Source: Chrysomallon squamiferum (taxonomy: Eukaryota; Animalia; Mollusca). From it: DNA of 64,000 nt. The stretch lies in contig CM022676.1 of the NCBI GenBank assembly GCA_012295275.1, forward strand, positions 15,872,001 to 15,936,000, given 5' to 3'. Below, piece by piece: positions 47,543 through 64,000 of the stretch (positions are counted from its first letter, which is position 1; each line of letters starts with the position of its first letter). The notes under the pieces were generated by a model. The model saw only the letters and a list, made by a program, of their open reading frames with translations, was not told the origin of the DNA and made no database searches. The translations under genes and the position numbers were made by a program.

Positions 47543-48812
47543 GATTTTCACAGATAAAATATATATTAGTACAGGTTAATATTGGTACACAGCAGACAGA
47601 TAGATGCGTATTACGTTTAGGTAAACAAAGCAGATCTCAGTACAAACAGAAATAGAAGAGCCACCCACACGCACGCACACACAACAAGAACAACAACACA
47701 AATTTAAGGGAAACAGATATGAAATATGTTGAGTTATATAAAAAGAATGCATATCTTTCTTTAGTTGTACAAGATATTTAATTAAACATGTTTATGTTTC
47801 AGCTTTTGACTTTAAACATATGCTGTTCATAGTGTTGTTATTAAACACACGCAGAATTGCTCCGTGGTATTGGCTGGAACATATGTTTCTTAATCAAACA
47901 TTGTCAATATTTTTCCTAGATTCGACACTACAACGAGGCCACTAAGACAACATTATGTGTATCTGTGTAGACTCATGTTTCACTTTTATATTTTATTTTT
48001 ATATAAGTAAAATAGTCATAATAAAGTTTATCAGGTCTATTTTAAAGAAAGTTAAACTTGTATTGTTTTATTCATTCTACAAATTGAGAGTCCTGGACAA
48101 AATGAATGTCCATCCAAACTGCCCTTACTTTTTGTTAGAGACTATACTGATACTTACACGTTTTCATCCGTGACATCCATCTTGTACCTACACGTGTAAG
48201 TTCAATAATCGCGTAGTCAGCAGAACCGTGATGTTAAGTACAGAAACCAGACATGCTGAAATACGTGCACAGCTACTAAACCGGTTTCTTCTCAATGTGC
48301 GAGAGTCAATTACAACTTCATTGTTGTATGTGAGTGATTTCAGTCAAATATTTAAATACGTCACTCTTGAAGATAGTAAAAAACAAAATGCTGATAATAA
48401 TTATATAAGAAAAAATTAGAATATGTCTGTTTGTACGTTTCACACAGGGTGAATGTTTAGTTTGATATTTGGCTCGTCTGATTTTTTAGTCTGAATTTTT
48501 TATCTTGTTTTATTTTTATTTATTTCCATTTTTTGAGGTGGTTTTTCCTTTTTTTAAATTTAATTTCTTCTTTGTTTGTTTAATGGATTTCTTCGTTGTT
48601 GTTGTTTTGGTATTTGAGGAGGAACTGAGTGTTTTTCTTTTTTCTCTCATCTTCTTTACATACTGTAGGATTTTACGATAATTATATTGTCATTCATTTT
48701 AACCTTTTTGAATAATAAAAACAAAATTACTATGGCAACTCGAAAATGCGAAACCTATGACGTCAGAGAAACCAAATAGTTAATTTACAAAGTGTTGAAT
48801 TTAAATTTGTAG

Positions 48813-49051
48813 AGGAACCAAATGCTATCTAGTTAAACATCTCCTCCGCAGTAGTGATGACGTCACAGTGAATGATGATGTCATAGTGACGAACACTCTA
48901 CTTTTAGCTGGAAGTTTGGAAATAAAATGATCAGAAACAGTTCTGTCCTGACTCTTCGCAGTTTCAGTAAATCTGAGAGTGGTAATTAATTTTACATGTA
49001 CTGCAGAAACCCAAGTTACAATGGACGTCGTTTCTGAGTGTGATCGTGTTA

Positions 49052-49097
<46 letters not shown>

Positions 49098-49209
49098 AAT
49101 AACTATAATTTTTATTCTGTTTATTTTTTTATTTATTCATTTGTTTATTATTTGTTCGTTCATTCTGCTTATTTGCTTATAATAACAAAAATAATAATAA
49201 TAATAATAA

Positions 49210-49249
<40 letters not shown>

Positions 49250-50342
49250 GTGGAATGAGCAGCAGCAATAATAGTAATATTACTAGTAGCTGCAGCGGCA
49301 ACAGTAGTAGTAGTAGTAGTAATGATAGTAGTTGTAGTAGTTTTAATAGTTGAAGCAGCAGCGGCGATAGCAGGAGTAGTTCTAGCAGTAGTAACAGAGT
49401 AGCAGCAATAGTATGCGTAGTAGTAGTAGTAGTAGTAGTAGTAGCAGTTGGAACAGCTTCAGTTGTAGTAGCAGCAGTTGTAGTAATATTAGTTGTAGTA
49501 GAAGTAGCAATATTTGCAGTAACAGTGGTGGTGATAGTTGTAGTAGTAGTATTAGTATTAGTAGCAGCGGTACTAGAAATAATAGTAGCGATATAAATAA
49601 GAATTATAATTAAACAAACAATAATGTAATAAAAATAATAAAAACAATAATACATAATTAAAAAAGAAACGAAACGAACGAAATGAAATGAGTCAAACGC
49701 TTATTTCAGGTGAGCCAAGCATTGACGAATTATCTCCCCTTACTGTCAGATGTGATGTTGAGAGTAATCCATACAATTTCATGCGGAAATCACGAAACAC
49801 TTATGTACTTAATGACAAACACATAGTCAGATATATAGATATAACATATTAATAAGAGGGCATTCTGAATTATGTATTTAATGCATGTTTTGTTTTTGTT
49901 ATAATATGAAGTAAAATAAAGTTAAATTATATATTTTTTTTGGAGACTTTTGGTATTGACAGAATGTAATCTACTTTTACCAAATTAAATGAAAAAGTAA
50001 ATTTTGCGTGTCTCAGGTTCGCCAAGACTTTATGTTCGAGCTGATTATCGGACAATATTTGCTCCATCTATCGGCGATGACGTCACACTTACAATAGCAG
50101 GGAATGACAACCCAGTTCCTACGTTCACTTGGTACAGACAGACGGACGGAAGGATGACAGTTGTTGGTTCTGGTGGACTAGACTCACACACTGAAGAGAC
50201 TGATATAAGAAAATACGTTTTAAGATTTGTACAAGAGAAAGACTTTGGTGTTTATCACGTGACTGTGTCGAATAGAGAAGATAGAGAGAAACTTGTGTTT
50301 AACTTTACACTGGTTCGAGAATTTAACTTAGAATATTCATAA
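48813..50342 (+). pseudogene. Decayed paralogue of the Ig receptor (Ig3, Ig4 and Ig5 remnants)
   Basis: ~48813-49040 FSWKFGNKMIRNSSVLTLRS..FTCTAE with stop and indels; 49710-49780 ELSPLTVRCDVESNP with deletions; 50017-50342 Ig5 homologue that lost its donor and runs to a stop. Confidence 0.75.
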
Positions 50343-51879
50343 TCTCTACTACTGTTACTGCTGCTGCTACTACAACCATTATTACTAGTACCACATTAAC
50401 TATTTCTACTACTACTACTACTACTACTACCACTGCTACTGATGTCACTACTATTCATACACCTGAACTATTTAATAGTATATTAAAATTAGTATTACCA
50501 GTACTACTTCTGCTATTAGTACTATTATTATTTTAACTATCATTACCAATATTAAAACTACTAGAAACATTCTACTACTTCTATTGTTACTACTACTATT
50601 TACAACTACTAATATTACTAATATTAATATTAATATTAGTACTATCAGTTGTACTAGTAGTAGCAGCAGTAGCATTTTCGTCATTATTAATGCTCGTTTT
50701 CTTTTGTTGTGTTTTCTGTTTTCTGTCTTATTTTCTTTCTTTCTGAATCATTAAATATTTCTTTCAACATTCCTACTTACCTATTTTTCCTGTTCGTTGG
50801 TATGTTTGTCTGTTTATTTGTGTCCATTAATCTGTGCGAATGCGTTCTCGAATATTCTGTGTGCACAGACTAATCAGACGTAGATAGGTAATATTCAGAT
50901 GATAAAATAGAATAAGCAAATTAATACTGAATATTAATTAATTTTAAAAAGAACAAATATTATATTTTTGAAGCGCATTAATATTAACAGTAACTACAAT
51001 ATATAATATAATATTTCCTTGAAATGTCAGTTTTATCATATAATTAAAATGTACAAGATCATAACAATTCATGTTAATTGTAATCATACACCTTATGATA
51101 ATAAATCCATTGTCATTGTTATTATTGTGATTTTTGATTTACTGAGATCTGGTTTTACAAAGATAAACAACGTCTGATTTACAACGGTTAGTGAAATTAA
51201 CTGAACAAAGAGATCAAAGAAGTAATAAGTGTTGAGTTTTAAAATATTTAATTAACATAAGTGAATGCTTCTTAAAACAATTAAGACGTGGGTTAATTGC
51301 TGTACTTCAAAAATCTGCAACATAAACAAAATACTGAACGGTAATAATGTTTTTCTGATGTTACAACTTCTTTATTAAACACACTCACACACACATACAC
51401 ACGCACACACTCACACATACACATACATACGTACATACACAAACATAAAACAATGTTCTTATTTTTAAATAATGTTCCTTTTTCTTTGAACGTTTTTGGT
51501 CCTGTGTTGTCATTAAATAAAGAAAATTTTCTTCTCTTTCTTCCTGTTCTTCTGGCTGTTATTATTATTTTATTTTATTTTTTTTTTTATTTTTTATTTT
51601 TTTTTTTTTCTGAGAATAACCTTTTCGTTTAAGAAAATAGTTCTTGAATTAAAGATTAACAAGTAGTAAAAAGGTGACACAAATTAGGTCATATCTAAGG
51701 CCTCGGTGTAAGACTGTAAAAACTGTGAGAATTTGAAAAACACAAAGCCAGAATAACTAAACTCTTACAAAAACGTGTCAATTAACTAGCCACGTCACAT
51801 CGTTTAATCTCACTCATTGTCTTTGACCTTCACCGAAATCACCTTTCATGTTCGCCGACATTTGTAAACGTAGAAAAAA

Positions 51880-52140
51880 CAAATGGCGGCGACGATATTC
51901 ATGTGTAAATATACGAAGGTTACGTAATAGTATTGTAGGCAGTGATTGGCTGGTTGTAAGTAAAGTTGGCTCTAATTGGTTGATTTCTAAAACAACAAAA
52001 AGTAAGTTTAAATATAAGTCTGAGAGTTAATTTTGATTGACAGTGATTGACACACAAGACTCAGTAAGTTTATTTGAAATTGAATGAACTTATTCTTGAC
52101 TGCACACGAAATACATTTATTCTTCTGATTTGAGGTAAGT
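51880..52140 (+). promoter_or_regulatory. Putative promoter and exon 1 of orphan copy 5
   Basis: AAATGGCGGC at 51881, ATTGG at 51945 and 51975, donor GAG|GTAAGT at 52135. Confidence 0.6.
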
Positions 52141-52258
52141 CGAAATGGTTTAGTTTTAATTACTTAATGGCAAGGTAAGATTCTGTATAGATCTCTGCCT
52201 CGCTCTCTCCTTTTTCATCTTTTAATATCCATCAACAGTACTTGTATTAATAATAATC

Positions 52259-52333
<75 letters not shown>

Positions 52334-52800
52334 CATAATAATAATAATACTAATAATAATAATAGAAGAAGAAGATGAAGAAGAAGAAGAAGAAACCAAG
52401 AGCGACACTGAGAAGTATTTGAATATGTTCATAGAAATAAATATTAACTTTTCCCATATTATTCCCACAATCATGAATATTTTTGTATATATAAATATAT
52501 TTAGCCTACAACAAACAGAGAAAAAAAAGACAAGAACAGAAAACATACGATACATGCTACTGTTAGTCGATAAAAGTATTTTTAGATGACACAAGTCAGA
52601 CACCAGTCAGACTTTAGTCTGCTCAGTACCAGTTTAATACGCAGTCGACATTGAAATCATTTGAGTACGAATGTAAACAACTGATTGTTTTCTAATTAAC
52701 TGCTACAAGCCTAAACGTGATGCTTATCTTTTCACTACTGTTTCTAAAATAATCCTCAATTCATATAAAACTAACAATATTTACTCAGTCAGAAAGAGAA

Positions 52801-52860
<60 letters not shown>

Positions 52861-53124
52861 CGAGGACAGACCAAAAAATCCGATATTTTGAATTAAGATT
52901 CGGAGAAGAGAACTTATCAAAATACGCAACAGAAGAAGACAATTTATTTCATCTTTAATTAGAAAGTAACATGTTGTGTATATTTTATATTTTACTTGGC
53001 TCCATTATTGGGTTTGCATAAGTAAATGTTCCGTACACAGTTTCGAAAAGTATTTTATCTTAGTATTATTATTACTATTATTATTATTAGTAGTAGTAGT
53101 AGTAGTAGTAGTAGTAATAGTAAC

Positions 53125-53179
<55 letters not shown>

Positions 53180-53309
53180 TTTAGTTATTTGTATTATTTA
53201 TTTTTTATTTTTTAGGTGTTGTTGTCCTTGTTATTACTATCATTAATTGCCATATCAAGATTTTGTATACATTACATTTTCTTCTTTTCAGCAGAAATAC
53301 CGAAACAGA

Positions 53310-54482
53310 ATGTGGCGATGGATAAAGAAACGAAAAAATGACAAAAAATCGAAATCGAAAGAAATTCTAAAGACTGCTGATCTAATTCCCAGCATCCTGG
53401 AAGAAGATCCTTATCATATATATGACGTAATCGATGACGTCACAGATGAAGATTTGCTACCCAGTGCAAATAAAGAGAATTTGGGCAAAGTAAAAAAAGT
53501 GGGGAAAGGGCAAAACAAAATGTTTAAAGACAGACGCCCACTTGAAGAAAAATGTACAAATATAAAACAACTAGAACAAATACAAGGAAATCAAGATGGA
53601 CGGCAGAACAATCCTACAGTGTTGATAAGGGAGAGAACTCCGTGTCTCAGTGATGACGATTACGATGAACCGTGGTACGAGTTTGATCTCAGTGGAGCCG
53701 GGGAATTGTCAACATTTCTCGTGTCTGGAACTTCGAAAGAAAGCGGAAGCTATAGCTCTAGAAAAACTCAATTCAACAACGCCGCCTTGTATAAGAAACG
53801 ATCACTGAGAAAGTCTTTCAGACAAGATGCAAAAGAATCTCACAAGTCAATGATATTTCCACTTCGTAACAACGTAAACACTTTCAACAAGGAATTTAAC
53901 AGTAACAATCTCTCAGAGTTATCTACCCCTGCTGTTTTAAAATCTGATATATTCTCTGTGTGTAAATCTAACCGCAGTTCTCAGCGCACCAGTACTGCAG
54001 ATGCAACAGACAGAACTAAACTAGAAAACGGAAGACGACATTCTAGTTTGTCATCTTTTTCTAGCGGATTTGATGAATTTACTTCTAGTAGTTCCCTGTC
54101 TTCTGATACTTCAAGGATAAATGTAGAACCGGCTGTTTCTACACTGCACTCGGACAAGCGTGTTATTCGTAAAACAGGACCAAAACATTTGAATTCTATC
54201 TCCGAAAGAAAATTCCACCCTATTACGTTAAATGAATACGTTTATCCCGCAGACTCAGTCTACTATAGATGTCCTGAACTTATTCCAGATTTCTCGATTG
54301 TGAAAGTAAAACAAGAAATAGTGCACGGTTCACAGAACAGGTGGAATACTAACTGTAGAAATTCTGGAAGGACCAGCTGGTCGGCGGTTCGACCCCCGAT
54401 GTGGGCAAACTCTGAAAATAAAGTGCTAACTGATCTGATAAACTCTAACTACAATTTTCAAATGTTTGCTGGGTTTACGTGA
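53310..54482 (+). CDS. Orphan gene copy 5, intact, 390 aa (A-Y type)
   Basis: True start MWRW at 53310 after a cagcag acceptor; 3-codon in-frame deletion near 54230. Confidence 0.82.
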   Translation: MWRWIKKRKNDKKSKSKEILKTADLIPSILEEDPYHIYDVIDDVTDEDLLPSANKENLGKVKKVGKGQNKMFKDRRPLEEKCTNIKQLEQIQGNQDGRQNNPTVLIRERTPCLSDDDYDEPWYEFDLSGAGELSTFLVSGTSKESGSYSSRKTQFNNAALYKKRSLRKSFRQDAKESHKSMIFPLRNNVNTFNKEFNSNNLSELSTPAVLKSDIFSVCKSNRSSQRTSTADATDRTKLENGRRHSSLSSFSSGFDEFTSSSSLSSDTSRINVEPAVSTLHSDKRVIRKTGPKHLNSISERKFHPITLNEYVYPADSVYYRCPELIPDFSIVKVKQEIVHGSQNRWNTNCRNSGRTSWSAVRPPMWANSENKVLTDLINSNYNFQMFAGFT

Positions 54483-54954
54483 CAGTTTACTAAAAATTCT
54501 GTCAAACTGAGTGTTAGACAAGAAAAACTTTTTGTATCTACACATTCTTGTTCAAAATTTACTGATAAAACATTAAAACGTTATCACAGTCTCATTTTAT
54601 TCATTACTCCGTTAATCTCTTCAAATATTCACAAATACTAATTAATCATTTAGTCGTGCGAGTATTTAATAATGTTCCTTATCTGTGAGTCTCTCTAATT
54701 AATATGAAATGTTCGATAATATATCAGTATCTAGGATTAATAAAATAAACGTTTATTAATCAATTAATCTTAAGGTAATAAGCAATATCTCATATGTATA
54801 AGTTCGTTAATATCACATAATAAAAAATAATATTTATTAATCGGTGAATCTGCAGGAATAAAGACTTATGTTTAATAATATTTCAATATATAGGAATAGT
54901 TATTAATTTGTAATCTTTTTACAATATTTCACGTTTATTTATTTATTTTTGTAT

Positions 54955-59826
<4,872 letters not shown>

Positions 59827-60055
59827 CTGAAACAGACAGACAGACACACATCACTCACAGAGACAGAGAGAGAAACACAAGCAGCACAAATTATATCACC
59901 AACCCCAGTCTAAAACAAATAATAACAATCACACTGAAACATTAATTCTGATGTTCATACTAGTATAAAGCTAATGCTAGCACCAATATGATTAGTAATA
60001 GTACTGCTTGTTCTAAATACTAGCACTAATATTATTAGTAATAGTAACACTTGTT

Positions 60056-60255
60056 NNNNNNNNNNNNNNNNNNNNNNNNNNNNNNNNNNNNNNNNNNNNN
60101 NNNNNNNNNNNNNNNNNNNNNNNNNNNNNNNNNNNNNNNNNNNNNNNNNNNNNNNNNNNNNNNNNNNNNNNNNNNNNNNNNNNNNNNNNNNNNNNNNNNN
60201 NNNNNNNNNNNNNNNNNNNNNNNNNNNNNNNNNNNNNNNNNNNNNNNNNNNNNNN
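60056..60255. other. Assembly gap (200 N)
   Basis: Run of N. Confidence 1.
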
Positions 60256-60293
60256 CAAATATGGTGGATAATTTGTAAAGACCTTTGCTCCGT
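60256..60293 (-). CDS. Start of an SRCR second half-exon, cut by the gap
   Basis: tttcag..GAKVFTNYPPY resembles GAKIFTGNFPYF at 13073; looks 2 nt short at the acceptor. Confidence 0.55.
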
Positions 60294-61140
60294 CTGAAAT
60301 AAATATATGATATAAATCATGATACATTGCTGATCATCTGTTGGAGTAAGCATTTTAACACAATTACATTTCCATAGTTTATATTTTAGAATCAGGCTAG
60401 AATGAAACGAGTCTGTGTTAAAGAATGAAGAATGGTGGAATCTATCTTATTAAGTTGTTTTATTGGAGTGGTATTGATTTAAAAGAAAAATAATGAGAAA
60501 AAATATATATTCTGGTCTTTGAGAACTTCTCAAAGCATGATTTTTGTCTTTTTTTTATCAGTTTATGTCGTCTGAAGCGATAGCGAGAATAACGGAATCT
60601 ATTTCCTGTTTCAAAGTCATAAAAAGCCAAAGGTTTTAATGCTAACCTCTTCAGTAGCAAGAAAGATGTAAATCAATCATTTTGTTTCTTAATTAAAATG
60701 TTTTTTTCGAGTACGGTTTACATAAGAATCAGAGACACAGAAGAATAAAGTAATACAGAATAAGCTTTGATTACTCTAATATCTGGAGATATCAGTCAGG
60801 TTGAATCTGATAACAGTATTTTTGAAAGAGGAAAATTTCCACTAAAAACTTGTCATTATGTTAAACCCATTAGTTGATAGAGAAACGTTAACAGTTACAC
60901 AGTGAACTCGACTACGGACACGAAATGTCATCACTGAACACAGAAGAGCAGCACCTATTGTGTCAAAAAACAGACCTGTGACATACATCAAATAGCTGAT
61001 TAAAATAATAATACTATTAGTAGTAGTAGTTGTAGTATTAGTAGTAGTAGTAGTAGTAGTAGTTGCTGCATCAACAGCAGCAGTAGTCAAAAATACGTTT
61101 GTAAAATGGAATATTACACAAAAGATATGTTTTCTTTTAC

Positions 61141-61285
61141 CGACTAAATCCCATCATAGAACACAGAACACCAGCGTCTCTTGTGTCAAAACCATATTTA
61201 CAAATTGTTCCCCACGTCCCGTGTACTTGAATCTCAACTCGTCCTTGTGTTGGTATTCCTCTTCCATTCACTAATCGTATTGGTA
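61141..61285 (-). CDS. SRCR first half-exon, close paralogue of 12583-12727
   Basis: [47 protein letters not shown]; 145 bp, AG/GT bounded. Confidence 0.88.
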
Positions 61286-61880
61286 CTGAAATAATAACAG
61301 GTTATATATGATCTGTGGTTAAGAATATAACGATTTGTTTAATGAAAAAAAGAAATACACATGTATATACTAACATATCACTCTTCCTTGGAAAGAAAAT
61401 TATGTAACAGATATTCGGTAACAAACGTAAAGTTGAGTAAAATAAAGATGTCGCGCTATCTCTAGTATTGTATTAAATCGGCAACCAATATTTTTAATAC
61501 TAATGTGCTCAAAGATTCCAATCTATAAATATACACTAATGCACTGACTTGTAGTTAGTGAAATAATAATTCAACCGTACTGGGACTGAAACAATAACAG
61601 GTTATATATGATATGTGAGTAAGAATATAATGATTTGTTTAATAAGAAGAACCCAAAGAAACGGACATGTATATACTAACATATCACTTTTCCTTGTAAA
61701 GAAAATTATGTAACAGATATTCGGTAATATACGTAAAGTTGAGTAAAATAAAGATGTCGCTCTATCTCTAGTATTGCTATAAATATCGGTTACCAATATT
61801 TATAATATTAATGTACTCAAAGGTTCAAATATATAAAGATACACAGATGCACTGAATTATAGTTACTGAGATAATAATTC
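61285..61880. repeat. ~300-bp diverged tandem duplication of an SRCR intron
   Basis: actgaaa.aataacaggttatatatgat at 61285 and 61585. Confidence 0.85.
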
Positions 61881-62644
61881 AGCAGGAAGTTGTTTTTGTT
61901 TCTGTTTTTTTCAAAACTATTTACTTCTTCCACAACTGGAGACCTATCTATGTCTAAGTTCTCTTCTTCCAATACGTAAGTTTTATTTATTTATTTTTTT
62001 TTTTTTCTCAAAATCTTTTCTTCAGCGAATTAGTAACCGGAAAAGAAATTAGTGATGAAATTGTTCATTTAACTCTTTAATTTTGTATCAAGAAAGCTGA
62101 CTGAATCCAGCTGAACACAGTATAGAATCTTTCTGGATATAACAGTTTGGTAACTTATAAACTTTCAAACAGAGACACATCAACACACACAACAAATAAT
62201 AATAAAATTATATAAATATTATTTATCGCAGCATATAAAAGTTAATAAAAGTATTTTGTAACAGGCCAGCTAACTAAAACCAAGTGTACATACTATAATA
62301 ATTTTCAGATATCACAGATATCACTCAGATACCGAAGATGCTGAAAATATAGCGACTGTTCGTGCATTCTAAACAGGGACAGACGACAAATACAAATGTT
62401 TTATCATATATCGCGGGGAAAATAGTTAACAAAAGTAAACACAGACATATATTAAATACGTTAAGATGTATGCTCTAACAAAAAAACAACCCACAAAAGT
62501 AGATTTGACTGACATTGGGAATATCTATCTAATTGATCAACAGAAAGCAGCAGAATGTTCACATTTTACACACACTTTCGCAATTCATTAATGTTCATGA
62601 TGTTATATTAAAAGGTTAAAGTTCAAGGTTATAGCAGTATAATA

Positions 62645-63033
62645 TCAATTCCTTGTGTGTCCACCATGGGAGTCCAGAACTGCCTGACATCTTCTTCCCA
62701 TGACAGTAATGACATTACGAATTACACTTTGTTGAATGCTGGCCCACTCTGTATGTAGTAATAATGTCAACTGACCACAATACTGTTGGTGTGGTTGATG
62801 CTGCCTCAGTCGTCTATCCAACTCGTCCCATAAATGCTCTATAGGGTACAAGTCCGGATATTTAGAGGGCCAGGGCAGCACCTGAATGTTATTGTTGTGT
62901 ATGTACGCTGTTGTGAGTCTGGCTGTATGTGGTCTCGCATTATCGTGCTTGAATACAGAGTTACCATTATTCATAATTGGAGCGACATTTATCTGCAAAA
63001 TTTCATCTCGGTATCTCTGTGCCGTTAAGTTGC
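62645..63033 (-). mobile_element. Tc1-like transposase C-terminal fragment
   Basis: GNLTAQRYRDEIL..HDNARPHTA..LPWPSKYPDLYPIEHLWDEL..GGHTR; N-terminus and TIRs not found. Confidence 0.9.
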
Positions 63034-64000
63034 CTTAAGATTCATATTACTTATTTAAAAACTGAAGAAATCATTTTTTCTCTGCCAGACACAAACAACT
63101 TAATGTTTATCCTGATTCCTTTCTTTATATACATAACATTCTGACTGACTAAGCTTAATCTTATAATCGGAAAGCTAACTGAATCCAGATGTACACACTG
63201 TAGAATGATTCTAGATGTAACTGTTTGACAGTTCATAAACAGGCAACTACACAAATGTTTATATATAACTTAAACCAACTGTGCACATTGTAGGACTATA
63301 ACTTGATACGATTGTTTCACAATTCATAAACGCACATACAGACAAAGGATACTATTTAGATATGATTGTTGACACTTAACAAAAGGGTGGGCACTCAGAT
63401 GTTAAATATGTTAAAATATAACGACTGTTTCTGAGTGCTTAACACGGACTGACGACAACTTTAAATAATTCATTATATTTCTAGCGGAGAATAGTCCGTT
63501 TCATACTTTGCGGTTTCGAATGATTCTATATACACAACCATTGTAGATTAATCTTAATTATTGTGCAGTTGGTGTTTGTTTCTTGTTGTTTTTTTCGGTT
63601 TTTTTTTGTTTTTTTTGTTTGTTTATATGTTTTTTTAATTATTATTTTATGTTGTAGATAGATACAGCATACGTAAAGATAATTTTGTAATGCTGTTTTC
63701 GTTTTCCAAATAGATCCCTGTACATGGAATGGCACTGAAATCATACTTGGATATCCAGTACAGCAAATGTGTGTTTGTTTGTCATGTACGTCAGATAACA
63801 ATAGTCTGTCACTGCTGCACAAGATACACATAGGTACAGCCGAGTGTTATTTACGACGATTTGAAAAATTCACTTTTTATACAGTGTCCGCGTTTAACTG
63901 TAGAAATAAATAGGAAAATATGAATTAATTTACGTGTATCAACATTCATGATAAATAATAACACATGCTCAATAGCAAAAATAACGGGAGAAACAACAAT

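Noticed and set aside
53247-53309. N-terminal extensions of ORF-track entries 53247 and 28521
   Set aside because: Non-ATG starts running through the intron polypyrimidine tract and acceptor.

Overview
AT-rich, intron-rich animal DNA full of microsatellites; the Ig and SRCR style suggests a mollusc/lophotrochozoan (inference). It has two 200-N gaps (12156-12355, 60056-60255) and is a heavily duplicated cluster of surface/immune-type genes. (1) A multi-SRCR + Ig + FN3 gene is present as two inverted copies, with further SRCR exons beyond gap 2. (2) A complete 11-exon, 622-aa type I receptor (leader, 5 Ig domains, TM, two canonical ITIMs) lies on the minus strand, with a decayed head-to-head paralogue. 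(3) The 3' half of a CLCA-like gene is present, plus two orphan copies of its last exon. (4) Five copies of an unrecognised ~390-aa single-coding-exon gene sit at the junctions between duplicated blocks. Those five copies combine two 5'-flank types (A/B) and two 3'-flank types (X/Y) in all four ways, as expected if the gene is a recombination hub that inverts the ~29-kb receptor cassette between copies 2 and 5. Splice donors and acceptors have been amplified into tandem arrays just upstream of TM-encoding exons. Two Tc1/mariner relics are present. The 8-kb palindrome may be a scaffolding or haplotype artefact. All alignments and translations were done by eye.
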